Below are positions 27,523 to 39,989 of a DNA stretch of 64,000 nt, piece after piece. Below the pieces are notes generated by a model. That model was given only the letters and a program-made list of their open reading frames with translations. It was not told the origin of the DNA and ran no database searches. How positions within the stretch are numbered: position 1 is the first letter of the stretch; the number at the start of each line of letters is the position of its first letter. Source of the DNA: Mytilus trossulus (taxonomy: Eukaryota); NCBI RefSeq assembly GCF_036588685.1, contig NC_086383.1, forward strand, positions 25,544,001 through 25,608,000. The letters are read 5' to 3'. The translations under genes and the position numbers were made by a program.

Positions 27523-27574
27523 CGAATAACTTGAGAAATCCATTGTTTGTCTTATTGTGATTCAATGTTATATG
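27523..27574 (-). CDS. Candidate secreted peptide, exon 2 (HITLNHNKTNNGFLKLF)
   Basis: 52-nt open exon with donor G|gtaagg and a weak acceptor (atatag|). Phase 0 in and phase 1 out bridges exons 1 and 3. Confidence 0.45.
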
Positions 27575-27855
27575 CTATATCTTTATTATTGTATAAAAGC
27601 AAACATAGAAATTAAAGTACACCTCATTAAATAACAGAAATGTATGGTTATAAAACTGAAATAACCATAGAAAAATAAAACGTGAAAATAGAAATCAAAA
27701 TTAACTGTTAACATTATCTGTATTTATTTAGTAACAAATAAATGGTATACGAAGTAAAACTAATTATAAATTTCAGATGCCTACATTATAAAGGAGCAAA
27801 AATCATTTCGTTTGAAAAGATACTATTCAATGTATAAGATTTTTCATAATCTTAC

Positions 27856-27960
27856 CGGTTTGTGTGTTCCTCCAAATTTCCTCGGAGCTGCGTCCATAAC
27901 AGAAGAGAGCAAGGACAAAACAAACACGACACATGCAAGTTTCAATAAAACACCCATCAT
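27856..27960 (-). CDS. Candidate secreted peptide, exon 1 with signal peptide (MMGVLLKLACVVFVLSLLSSVMDA-APRKFGGTHKP)
   Basis: ATG, basic residue, hydrophobic core and Ala at the predicted cleavage site, then a strong donor CCG|gtaaga. Confidence 0.65.
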
Positions 27961-28178
27961 TTACAAAATTTTCTTCTTCTCTGTCCAAAGATATATGATG
28001 TACTTCTTCTTGTTAGTCGCGTTCACTACTTTCATTTACAGAATCATTCATGCATGATTCATTAAATCTGACCATAACAGCCCACATGTGGCTCTATTTT
28101 TTAAAAGTATTTGTGTATTGAACCCTGTAATCCGTTCCGTATGAAAAGTGTATCACAAATTTGTATCCACTGTTTTTC

Positions 28179-28204
28179 TTTATAAACACAAACCGCCCGC
28201 CTGC
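28179..28204 (-). promoter_or_regulatory. Possible core promoter (GC box plus TATAAA) for the peptide gene
   Basis: The minus strand reads ggcaggcgggcggtttgtgtt-TATAAA-g, about 220 nt upstream of the ATG. Confidence 0.35.
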
Positions 28205-29663
28205 CGTTATCAATATTTAATGATGTGCTGTTTTTAAAGGGACACTAGCTACGAGATATAAAAAAACCCAATAAATTTGATTTTGTTTGGTTTAATCAGT
28301 TAAAATAAAAGTGAATACTGAAATAATACTAAGTTTTTAGCAGCCAATTTGGTTCTATTTTGTCAAAATAAGAAATCACATGGCAATTCGATCTCATTGA
28401 AGCCTCATTCATTGGAACTCATTCATTTAACTTATTAGCTAAAAATTGGTTAAGCATGTATGAGTAAAAAGAAAAGAATTTCAACATTTTATATGAAATA
28501 AAGGTGAACCATTTCGTTGACTGATTCGATCCACAAAAAATATTCTTAAACAGGGAAAAACATGAACAACGATAATAATCTTATTTTTTTGTACATATAA
28601 CATAAAACCAAACAGATCTAGAAAAACCCAAATACACGACGTCGTTATCTATTTAAATTTGTTTGTATGTTTATGTCGGATTATGTGACCATCGACAGTC
28701 TTCGGAGGTCATCGCGATATGATGTTAGATGGCGTATAGACTAAAATACACAAACATTTCTAATATACTTTATTGCGAAGATGCATTGTGAACTGTGTAT
28801 TTTAGACTTTAAGTAACCGGGATGTACGTTTTAGTATGTTATAAACCAAATATGAGAATTTGAGACAAATCGACCAGTAGAACTTGATATCTAGATCTGT
28901 TTTAGAAGTTGATATTAAAATGATTGAAACGTATCATGTCGTAACTACAATCCAATTCTCTTTTCACGAATGAGATCTACGGAATTCGACTATTTACCGG
29001 ATTTGTAATAACATGAGCAACATGACGGATACCTAATGTGGAGCAGGAACTTATTACCCTTCCGGAGCACATGAGATCACCCCCTGTTTTTGGATGGAAT
29101 TTGTTTCGCTTAGTCGTTAGTTTTATTATGTTGTGTGTTGTGTTCAATTATGTGTCTGTTTGTCTTTTTCTTTTTTAACCATGTCGTTGTCAGTTTATTT
29201 TCGATCTATGAGTTTAACTGTCTCTCTGCATGATCTTAATCCCATCTTTAAGTTTTCTGAAGAAGAACGATATTGGTGTTTGGTAGTCAGAATGACTGAT
29301 TGATTTAAATGTCCGAGTTTCCCATTAGAAATTTAATAAATAAAAAAACATAAATTATGCACATATATTACATAACGATAACAATATTTAAATTTAACTT
29401 AGTAAAGTAAGCATTGAATGTCCTAACAATTGGAATAATGATTGCAAAAAGAGTTAAAGGGTTATGATGAATAGAGGTCTATGATGCGTGTCCAATGGAA
29501 TAATTGTTAATCTGTTAATAAAATTATGAATACACTATATATTTTAGATTATTTAACAGTCTACTAGGTGTGTAATTTGATACTTGTGCAGTAGTTTATA
29601 TTTCTGTTTGTGTTATACGTGTATCTTTAAAGTTGTTTTATTTATTATAATAAGTAATGAGAA

Positions 29664-29713
29664 ATGGGAGCATGGAGTGGTTTACTTCTTAGCGGTATTG
29701 AAGGAAGCAAAGG
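29664..29713 (+). CDS. Possible first coding exon of the FAXDC2-like gene (MGAWSGLLLSGIEGSKG)
   Basis: aaATG start and phase-2 donor GG|gtaatt, compatible with the phase-2 acceptor at 33725. No homology support. Confidence 0.35.
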
Positions 29714-30544
29714 GTAATTATACATATCATTAAATATCTTAACACTTAATATCTTTATGATTTTCTATTTTTTCGTGCTGAATTACTTTCACTTTTGATT
29801 TGTGTTTTATTAGTTGTTCGTTTCGATATTCTAGTATAACGGGTCTTTCTATTCTGTTTATGTTTTGGACCCATACATTATTTTCGGATATATGTGCCCG
29901 GGATCTAATCCATCTTGCCCGTTAATATAGGGAACTAGCTATTGCATATATTTCACCATAAGCTCACTGTATGAACAACAAATTCTGTATGCATTGTTAA
30001 TCGTATAAAAGTACACAATTATAGATTCCAATACAAAACGTTACTTAATTGCAGCTCTATAAAACAGCAGGTTACTTCAAACAACTGACCAATACATAAA
30101 GTTTCTCACAAGATCGAGCTATAAACATCTGTTCTTAATTTAGATTAAACATTGCTAAATGGTCTTAGATTATTTTGATAAACTTGTAAATGTTATTGCA
30201 ATTCTACTGTGCAACTCATGTGCCGTATTAAGTGTAACATTAATCAAGATGCAAGATCATTAATCTGATTAAGAACTGACCATCAACTGTGTGATGTAAT
30301 TGACCACGCCACACTAGTATATGATTCATATTTGATCTGATCATTATCAATATGTGTATTATCAGGTTTATCAACTTTCTCATGGATGAACCTTTTTGTG
30401 ATGAGTTCATTTGTATTGTTCTAATTATTAATAGGTCGTTAAATTTTTTTGTTTTAGCTACAGCAAATTAAAAATCTTACGTTATTTTTTGTTTTGTTTA
30501 GCAAGATGTCGGTTAGATATTTAGTTTATGATAGAGAAAACATT

Positions 30545-30830
30545 TTTAGTTATCAAAGGTACCAGGATTATAAGTTAATACGCCAGACGCGCGTTTCGTC
30601 TACATAAGACTTACCAGTGACGCTCAGATAAAAGTTATAAATCCAAACAAGTAAAAAGTTGAAGAGCATTGAGGACTCAATATTCCAAAAAAAAATACGG
30701 CTAAGGGAATCTATTCCTAGGATAAGAAAATCCTTTTTTTTTTTCGAAAATTCAAAGTTTTGTAACAGGAAATTTATAAAAATGACCATATAATAGTTAT
30801 TCATGTCAACACCGAAGTGCTGACGTTTTC
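30545..30830 (-). repeat. Hammerhead-bearing repeat with a mutated core (CUGGUAA)
   Basis: The minus strand reads gcgtca-ctggtaa-gtcttatgtagac-gaaa-cgcgcgtc-tggcgt at ~30580-30623. Confidence 0.75.
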
Positions 30831-31013
30831 TTAACTGACACAGCATAACCGAATATATTTTCTTATAGAGTAATCTCTCTGGACTCTTTTTTTTATGTTA
30901 TCTCTAATGCTTTCTCAACTGTAGAAGAAACTGACAAATTCATTTTTCCAAGTTACTGTTACATTTTCAGGATGTCAATAAACTCACCAAAGAAACCAGA
31001 ATTACATTTTGTA

Positions 31014-32314
31014 CGGAGTGGCTATTTGTCCGGCTAGCCGGACGAATAATGTCAGGGCTATTTGTCCGGCCATTGTAATGCGCATGTCATATAATGTGCG
31101 TTCGGAAGTGCGTGTAATATTATCTTCAGTAGCACCAAGGGAGCGCGTGTAATCTGATCACTGATTTTCAATTTTAAGATCATGGCTGAAAACGGTGATA
31201 TCAATATTTGTGATAAATTGTGCAGTTTTCGGAATTTGACAATGGAACACGATATTATGAACTTCCAAGAATGATATAATTTTAAAAAAGGGACTCTAAA
31301 AAATTGAAATCACAAGGAAAATGGGAAATAAAAGATAATTGATCCAGAGACATGTATACTGTCTCTGATTGATCGGAGAACTATAGCTTAACCATGGAAG
31401 TATTATATTCACAATATAATACTTCCATGGTTTAACAAAATTATTTGACTCGCTACAGCTGTGTAAATGGTGAAAAAGATGTTCAAAGCAAGAGTATAGC
31501 CCAGAGATCGCGGCATTTACAATTGCATGTATAACTGGGACCGTATAACTGAATGAAATCTAGCATAGTTATATTCTAAAAATGAATCTTGCAAGTAGCC
31601 CTTGAAGTGGTATAAAGAAGGGGATTGAGGCTACAAACTTGAAGTGGGGATGTTGAAAATAAGATTATAAACAGTGGGGTAATGAAATACACGGAACAAC
31701 AAACATGGGATCAGGAGAAACAAAGAGAAGAGAAATTTGGGGAAAGGAGCACACCGTGTCACCCCGAACCCCTCCCGTACAATTTAAAAAACAGTGTTTT
31801 TTACTTCTTTTTTTGGGGAAAGGGTGGGCATTATAGAAAAATCTCTCACCTTTCACTCAAAATATGGATAACTTTATGTCAAGGGGTCGATAATTCTCTT
31901 TGACAGCTACAGATATAATAATTTTGTACCTTTTTTTCAGCCAGAAAAAAAATCCTTTGCGTTAACTTCAAATGCACGAGTCAAGTTTGTTTTACAAGTA
32001 ATTTCTTCTCTCTTCTTATATAACATGTATAACAAATATGGGATATATATATGTGATTTTTTTTAATTAGTCGTTATCCACATTGGACTATATATACCAG
32101 TATGACATGTATGAAGAAAACAACAAATAAATTTCAATTACCAGTAACAAGATTAGGCCCTAACACTAAAGATTACAAACATGTGCTACCCCCTGGTGCT
32201 GCTTAAGATAATATTACACGCACACACAAATATTATAGTGACATGCGCATTGTATTGGCCGGACAAATAGTCCTGGTACTATTCGTCCGGCTAGCCGGAC
32301 AAATAGCAACTGCC
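31014..32314. mobile_element. Mutator-like MITE with ~130-bp TIRs and a 9-bp TSD, inserted in an HHR-family repeat
   Basis: TIR core gctatttgtccggctagccggacgaata. Flanks are cattttgta (31005-31013) and aattttgta (32315-32323). The host repeat is contiguous across the insertion. Confidence 0.8.
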
Positions 32315-33724
32315 AATTTTGTATTTACGCCAGACTTGCGTTTCATGAGTGACGCACGAATCCAAAAACAGTCAAAAAAGTCAAATAAAGTACGAAGTGG
32401 AATAGCCTTGAGGACCAAAATTCCTAAAAGTTTTGCCAAATACAGCTAAGTTTATCTATTCTTGAGGTAGAAAAGTCTTAGTATTTCAAAAATTCCAAAG
32501 ATCGCAGAAATCCGAGGACTCAAAATAAGAGATATAACTTTTATGTATTTGATATAAGTAATAAGTTCACGCTAGGTCAAAGATCAAGGTCATTTTCTGA
32601 AATTTAATTTATGTTTGGTATTGCATCTTCTGAAGAACTGTTTACGATATCAACAACATAATTTAACTCAACTGTAAGATCCACCATGTCCTAACATACA
32701 CAAATATTTGTTAAATAGGTATGTTGACATTTGATTGGATTTTCTCCCTTGTTATATCTGAAATTTGGTGTAAGTTATATAAATTATCAACCGTATTAAG
32801 GAAAGGCATATGGCCTTATAATTTGTGGTCCTTAATTTATGCCCTTGCGATTCTGGTCATGGTCAAAGTTTGACGTTCTAGATGCCGACCGTTGCAGTCG
32901 TTTCCCAGAACGGTGGGGGTCGTGTTGTTGTTGTGCCTCTATTTGTGACACTTTTTTATCATTTGATTTTGCCATTTGATTCGGGAATTTCCGTTTTGAA
33001 TTTTCCTTGGAGTTCAGTATTTTTATTATTTTACTCTTTCCTATGAGTACATGATATATATTTAGGAGGCCGTACCATTGGGTTGCCGATACATTGTATA
33101 TGATATTGAAAGGCAAAGCAATAGTGGTAATTTGTGCATTTTTTCACGTTAAAGTTATGTCGTTATATTTTTGAATTAGTGTGAGGTTACAATGTAAATT
33201 CATATGAAATCAGAAAGTGAAATTCTGTAGACCGAAAGTACTAGTTCCGTCTAATCTTCTTTACTTTGAGTATAGAACACATTCTTGATTTGGAATCAGT
33301 GTAAATTAAGCTGTTATCTGACACTATAATTGACATGTTTAACTGAAAGTGAATATTTTTCTTTCAAAATATGTTCCTTTTTGCTTACAATATGTTTTTG
33401 ATTCTTATTATAATAATACTTATTAGTAGTATTTTTACTATAATCTTTATTATCATTATTATTATTACTTGTATTTTGACATGCGTTTGTTGTTGTTGCT
33501 ACTCTGAAACTGATGATAATAATTAAAATATTAATACTAAAATTTATAGTAAAATACTACTTCTAATTATTATTATAATAATAATAAAAAACAGATTGTG
33601 AAATAGAGAATAAAACATGGATATTTACACAGATATATTTTTATTGCATTTATAATGAGGAGGAAAGTGCACGTCTGTACTGTTTAAATTATTATATGTC
33701 ACCTATATATATATATATATTAAG

Positions 33725-33828
33725 GTTCCTGCATCAACTGTATGCAGCATCAGGAAATTTCTGGCAGAATATATGGGATAGTGTGTATAAATTGTTTGGG
33801 AGGAATGATTTTGCAGTTGGAGTTATAG
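33725..33828 (+). CDS. FAXDC2: FAXDC2-like fatty acid hydroxylase domain protein, internal exon (FLHQLYAASGNFWQNIWDSVYKLFGRNDFAVGVIG)
   Basis: AG/GT-bounded 104-nt exon. It resembles the FAXDC2 N-terminal W..ASG.FWQ..W segment and joins in frame to the next exon. Confidence 0.8.
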
Positions 33829-34744
33829 GTAATGTCTAAGTAAATCCAAGTCAGAGTCATTCAGAAAGTGATTTCTGGGTAAAGAGTGTTAAAATTGAGA
33901 ATGGAAATTGGCTTGTGTAAAAGAAACAACAACCTGACCAAAGAGCAGAACACTGTCGAAGGCCACCACTTCTGCTCAATATATGATTTAGAAATGGAAG
34001 ACAACCCACAACTTCCATGGAATTGGTACCACATTTAGTTTGCTATTAAATACAGAAATGAAAGGGAGCGTGCATGCTGCTTTTATCTGACAATAAACAC
34101 AAGGGATACTAACCAATAAATTCTCTTTGGTTTTTTTTACAACAAGCCGTTGATTATATATCAATCTGGTAAATCAGAATATCGATGCGAGTTGTATACT
34201 AACGCATTACCAGCAAACCTCTTACTTAAACAGCTTTGTGCGAATAAAATATGCATGAGCCTTAATGCTTGTCTTCACAATGCAAGGCATGAATCATCAT
34301 TATTGAGAGTTTGATTGCTAACCTATGTATATCCACCCCTTCTTTATATTTCGATACTTTTTGGAAATTCAACATAACGGATTTCAATCGAAATAATAAA
34401 ATTCATAAATCACGATAACGATTTGTAAGTGTGAAACTCCTAAATCACGGTTTACAAAACACGGAGGTAACGAATTCACAATCATCACGAATTTAATCGG
34501 TGATAACAAATTCTTTAATTCGTGTTATCGAACTTATATTATATTTCTATTAGTCCTAAATGGGTTTCCGAAGTTTTACATGGTAACAGGTGGTTATTTC
34601 TACAATGACATATCTGTAAAAATACTGCGTTCTCCTTATTGCTGCAAATCTTAAGTACAACAGGGAGGGGCTAGTGTACAAAAGTAACAAGACAAGAGCT
34701 GGATGACAAATGGTACTAATTCTTTTTTTTTTAATTATTTACAG

Positions 34745-34866
34745 GATCAATTTTATTTACTAATTGTGTAATATGGGGTGCTAATGCTATATTTCTTGTA
34801 CTAGACACAACTGGAAAACCAGGTTTTTTTATGAAGTATAAAGTTCAAATGGACAAAAATGTACCT
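34745..34866 (+). CDS. FAXDC2: FAXDC2-like internal exon (SILFTNCVIWGANAIFLVLDTTGKPGFFMKYKVQMDKNVP)
   Basis: Strong acceptor (ttttttttaattatttacag) and donor gtaagt. It carries the DTTGKP.F..Y..Q..KN.P motif characteristic of FAXDC2. Confidence 0.85.
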
Positions 34867-35338
34867 GTAAGTATTTTTTTATATATATATTAGAATTGTG
34901 AACAACAAATAGGTGATATTTCTTTATTGTCTTTTCCATAAAAATTAACAATACTAAGAAGTATAACACCCTCGTTAGATTTATTTTTTCTGCAAGCACC
35001 AAGAGGACATTGTTAATACTCGCAAATCTACCTTCTCTTCTTTAAGAAATAACCTAAAAAAGGACGTTGAAAAATATACTGGATAACGTACCTTCACAAA
35101 CATCCCTATGGGATTGATATATACTCTAGTTGTCTAGGTGATTAACTTAACATTTTTCTACAGGTTCTTACTGCCATTCTGTCTACAGTGAAACATAGGC
35201 TATATAAATAGTGTGATGATGTATATTCAAACACAAACCGGTGTCATTCATATGTTGGTTTTGAAATGAAAAGATCGACTCAAATATCTTTAATCACAAT
35301 TTTAGTTTGCAGTTATGTAAAAAGTTATAAAAGGTACC

Positions 35339-35383
35339 ACGCCAGACGCGCGTTTCATTTACATAAGACTCATCAGTGACGCT
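35339..35383 (-). ncRNA. Minimal type I hammerhead ribozyme motif, core intact but helix II weakened
   Basis: The minus strand reads gcgtca-CTGATGA-gtcttatgtaaat-GAAA-cgcgc-GTC-tggcgt. Confidence 0.6.
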
Positions 35384-35439
35384 TAGATCAAAATAGTTAG
35401 AAAGCCAAAAACAAATAAAAAACATTGAGAACCTGTGAT

Positions 35440-36200
35440 TTTTCTACTCTTTACAGTATCGATTATTCTTAATGCTCAATAGAATGATCGACTTCATCTT
35501 CTATTAAATAGAAGTTGTTCTACAAAAAGTAAAAAATGAAGATATAAATTCCTTGTTTTTTGGTCACATGTTTTACTTTTGAAAAAAGGATACTTATTCC
35601 CACAAAAAATGCACCAAACATTAATTACTAAAATGCTGAAATTTTTATCGATAACATATTTCTGAGTTTGGGAAAATCTATTTCAGTAGACAGTTGGTAC
35701 TCCATTATGTGCACTTAAACTGGACAACAAGGTTGTGTACTCATTTATCATGTTTATAGCTGAATTTATACACAACCTCCTCAATGTTATTTAATTCACT
35801 TATAACTAAAATGATTCTGTAACTCTATGGCCCACATTAATAAAAATGCTAACAACTTCTCTTTCATATTCTACTTAATATCAAATGCAGATGTCTGCAT
35901 AATAACATGATTTGTCCTCGATATAGACACGAATGGACAACTTCAAAGTAGCAATTATGAAAACTAAAATTATTTCAACTTTTGAATAGTCAGCTTACCA
36001 TTTTTCAGCAATATCATAATATCTGTTTTGACGTTTAGCAATATCTCAGTTTATACTGTAACGATAATCTCCCTACTATTCATACTATACGGACTACGTC
36101 AACAGATATTTGGTCCTTGCACAAAATCGATCCGAAGTATGCAGGAGAACGTTTAACATTGGCACTTTAAAAGATAACACTCACCATAACCACATTGTTA
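35440..36200 (+). pseudogene. Decayed Penelope-like reverse transcriptase
   Basis: Broken peptides ML.F.IDNIF, Q.VG.P, LDIDTNGQL...Y....FNF.IV..PF and ISQ, typical of Penelope-like RT. Confidence 0.6.
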
Positions 36201-36349
36201 ATCGGCATGCTGTGTTGGTGGTTCAGCTCAAAAGGTGTCCGTGGTATATAATCTTATGATACTAGTATAGTCGTCTGACCTATAGTTAACTGAAGAGTGG
36301 TTTAAGCCATATTATTTTTTCGGAAAATGTCAGTTTCGTTAATTCATAA

Positions 36350-36860
36350 AATTGAGTATGGAAATGGGGAATGTGTCAAAGAGACAACAACCCGACCATA
36401 GAAAAAAACAACAGCAGAAGGTCACCAAAAGGTCTTCAATGTAGCGAAAAATTCCCGCACCCGAAGGCGTCCTTCAGCTGGCCCCTAAACAAATACTAGT
36501 TCAGTGATAATGAACGCCATACTAATTTCCAAATTGTACACAAGAAACTAAAATTAAAATAATAAAAGACTAACAAAGGCCAGATGCTCCTGACTTTAGA
36601 CAGGCGCAAAAATGCGGCGGGGTTAAACAAGTTTATGAGATCTCAACCCTCCCCTTATATCTCTAGCCAATGTAGAAAAGTAAACGCATAACTATACGCA
36701 CATTTAAAATTCAGTTCAGAAAAGTCTGAATCTGATGTCAGAAGATGTAACAAAAGAAAATAAACAATGACAATAATACATAAATAACAACAGACTACTA
36801 GCAGTAAACTGACATGCCACCTCCAGACTTCAATTAAACTGATTGAAAGATTATGATTTC
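36350..36860 (+). repeat. Dispersed repeat family A, near full-length copy
   Basis: Longest copy of the family seen at 187-435. Confidence 0.85.
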
Positions 36861-38181
36861 ATACACGTTTGATTATATTAATTTTTACGGACTTTCCCTT
36901 TTATATTTTACCTTGAAATTCGGTATTTTTGTACTACTTTGTAACATAGCTTCTGATGCATGTATAACGGAGAATCTTACCTCGTGATACACTAGGTCAC
37001 GGTACTTTTGGAGTTTATTATGCTGATAGTTTTTTGTTTTGTTATAATGCTTTGTGTCGTCTTATAAGTCGATTTACGAGATTGAGCATCAGTTACCTAC
37101 TAGTATTATAATGCAACATCGTTTGTAACATTCATTTTGATTGGATAACGTCACTAGTTTCATCGCATCAATTCGCATTTGATGCTATAAAATTGCACGC
37201 GCAAGCGCAAACGACGTATGCCAGATTTTAAATGTAAGGGAGGATTTTATATTTTGAGACTGTCTCATTTTCTCAAGAGTAGATTTTTTAAAGAAAATTG
37301 CAAAAAACTAAAATTTTACCTCAAAATTTTATAACTTTATCAATATTCAAAAACTTACCAATTTTTTCTTTATTCTTCTATATTTCTTCTTTCTGAACAT
37401 TGATGAAAAAGAACAAAAGCTCAGGCAAAAATATCTCTGCACTTGTTTAACTATATATCAAGGACAAGAGATAATCCCAAATGAGCAATCATTTTTATTC
37501 TGCTGTGCAATCTTCATCAGTCCTGAAGCAAAAAATAAAATTTTAGCTTAAATCAGTAAGTAATGTAAAGGAGAGCTAAAATTTTAGCTGGTTCTTTTTC
37601 AGACCAAAAGCTAAAATTTTAGCATCCACAACTTAGATACAATTTTAGCTTTGCAGAAAATTGATAAAATTTTAGCAAACATGTATACAAAGATAAAATT
37701 TTAGCATTTGAAAAAACATTATATTGCAAAGAAAAATAGACTTTAGCGTAGTTACATGTATTTTAACACCACAGATGGCATTACCCCTGTTAACCTTAAG
37801 TTTAATTGATTGTTGGTTGTTTAATGTTCAGTGGCAACTAATTCATGCACTTTCAAGACAAGAACAAATAAATAGACAACAGGTAGGTCCTGTATTAGGA
37901 CTTGATGAGGAGGAAATTTGGACTATCACCATGATCACTGGCTGGTAAATTGGATAGCCCATATGATCAGAAATTTGACCTTTCAAAAATCCACCTATGG
38001 ACTGATCAGACATAAACAGTAATAAATGCTGAACAATTTCTCATGGTTATCATGGTTATTGGTAAAATACAAACAAGTGGTTATTAAAATATTTTACCTA
38101 CCTACATTGACCTACCTACCCTGTTTCAAAACTTAGGGTCGGAAAAGGGCAAACAAACAATATTTTAATTTAGGCCTCAAT

Positions 38182-38638
38182 AGATGGTTTTCAAGTCAAT
38201 TTAAGGTAGCAAATCTAATGACACAGCCAACTTTTGAGCAAAAGAACAGCATATAATCAGAACTTTCTGAGTGACGAGAGGTTAACTGGATGAGTCTTCA
38301 CCATTTTCTGTTTTTTATTTCTGGTCCTTCATGGAGATTAACTGCACCAACTGTTTTAGGCATTTTGATTTTTCCAGTTACATTAACAGGTAAATCAAAT
38401 CCTGATATTATCACACATTATTCTGTTTTATTTTCCTGTCGTTTACCAAAATCCATTTGGTCTATGGATTTATTAGGAATAAATTTTACCTTGCCGATGT
38501 TGTAGGCTTTCCTCAGTAGTATACCATCTTTTTCAACTCACAACTCATTAAAATCATTTATTCCTTCTAACTTGTGTGTAATCAGTTTGTGTTATGAGGT
38601 GTTGTTAGCACATTTAGAGACTTGACATCCAGCAACAC
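38182..38638 (-). pseudogene. Decayed Sola3-like transposase, 3' exon (VAGCQ...KAYNIG...C2H2-like CSKVGC..F...LENHL)
   Basis: Acceptor ttctgtttacag. It joins in frame to exon 43810-43974 as RTG|VAGCQ. Several stops and frameshifts. Confidence 0.6.
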
Positions 38639-38766
38639 CTGTAAACAGAAATAATAATGAGGGGAATTATAAACCGTTTCAAAGGTCATGTTTTCAACTT
38701 CAACAAAATGTGTGTACATTACAGCATAGATCAACATGATATTTTGAAGAAAAGAAAAACATTTTA

Positions 38767-39790
38767 AACTAGAGGCTCCAAGGAGCCTGTGTTGCTCACA
38801 TGATATTTTTATTTACAATTGATGCATGGAATAATGCAACCTTTATACTTTTGCTCTAGTTTCAGAGATACATGTATGGAAAAGTCAAAAACTGCATTTT
38901 TTACCTATGTTCTATTTTTAGCCATGTCTGCCACATTTTACATTTTAAAAAAAAAATAAATACCATAATGTTTATTTGGGTCCAAGTACATTTAAATTTG
39001 TCTCAGTTGTTTCAGGAAAGATTTTTGAAAAAGATTGCAAAAATTTACGAAAAATTGTAAAATTTGACTTTAAAGTGCAATAACTCCTTATGAAGTCAAT
39101 TGTCAATTTTGATCCTGTTCACTGATTTGTAGAACTCACTTTGCTGAACGTTATTGCTGTTTACAGTTTATCTCTATCTATAACATTATTCAAACTAGAG
39201 GCTCTAAAAAGCCAGTGTCGCTCACCTTGGTCTATGTGAAGGAAGCAGATGGTTTCATGACAAAATTGTGTTTTGGTGATGGTGATGTGTTTGTACATCT
39301 AACTTTACCGAAAATTCTTGCTGCTTACAATTATCTCTATCTATAATGAACTTGTACCAGTAGTTTCAGTGGAAAATGTTAGTAAAAATTTACAAATTTT
39401 ATGAAAATTGTTAAAAATTGACTATAAAGGACAATAACTCCTTAGGGGGTCAATTGACCATTACAGTCATGTTGACTTATTTGTAAATCTTACTTTGCCG
39501 AACATGATTGCTGTTTACAGTTATTAATATCTCTATCTATAATAATATTCAAGATAATAACCAAAAAACAGCAAAATTTCCTTAAAATTACCAATTCAAA
39601 ACAGGTTGTCTGATTCATCTGAAAATTTCAGGGCAGATAAATCATGACCTAATAAACAATTTTACCCCCATGTCAGATTTGCTCTAAATGCTTTGGTTTT
39701 TGAGTTACAAGCCAAAAACTGCATTTTACCCCTATCATCTATTTTTAGCCATGGCGGCCATCTTGGTTGGTTGGCCAAAATCCTGGACAT
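38767..39790 (+). mobile_element. Two adjacent HINE-like elements (aaactagaggctc...gagcctgtgt.gctcac start)
   Basis: Start motif at 38767 and ~39192; internal degenerate repeats are shared. Confidence 0.6.
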
Positions 39791-39989
39791 ACCCCACATC
39801 CCCAAATTATCATTAAAGAAATATAGTAAGTGTAAGTAAAAAAAAATTGTGCAAGAAAAAATATTGAATCATAATTTCCTGTTGATATGCACATCTGCAT
39901 AGTATGTCCTTATTATCTACAAAGTTTCATGAAGTTCTGTTGTGTAGTAACAGAGGAGTTGCAATGACACTTTTGCAGAAGTACATTAA

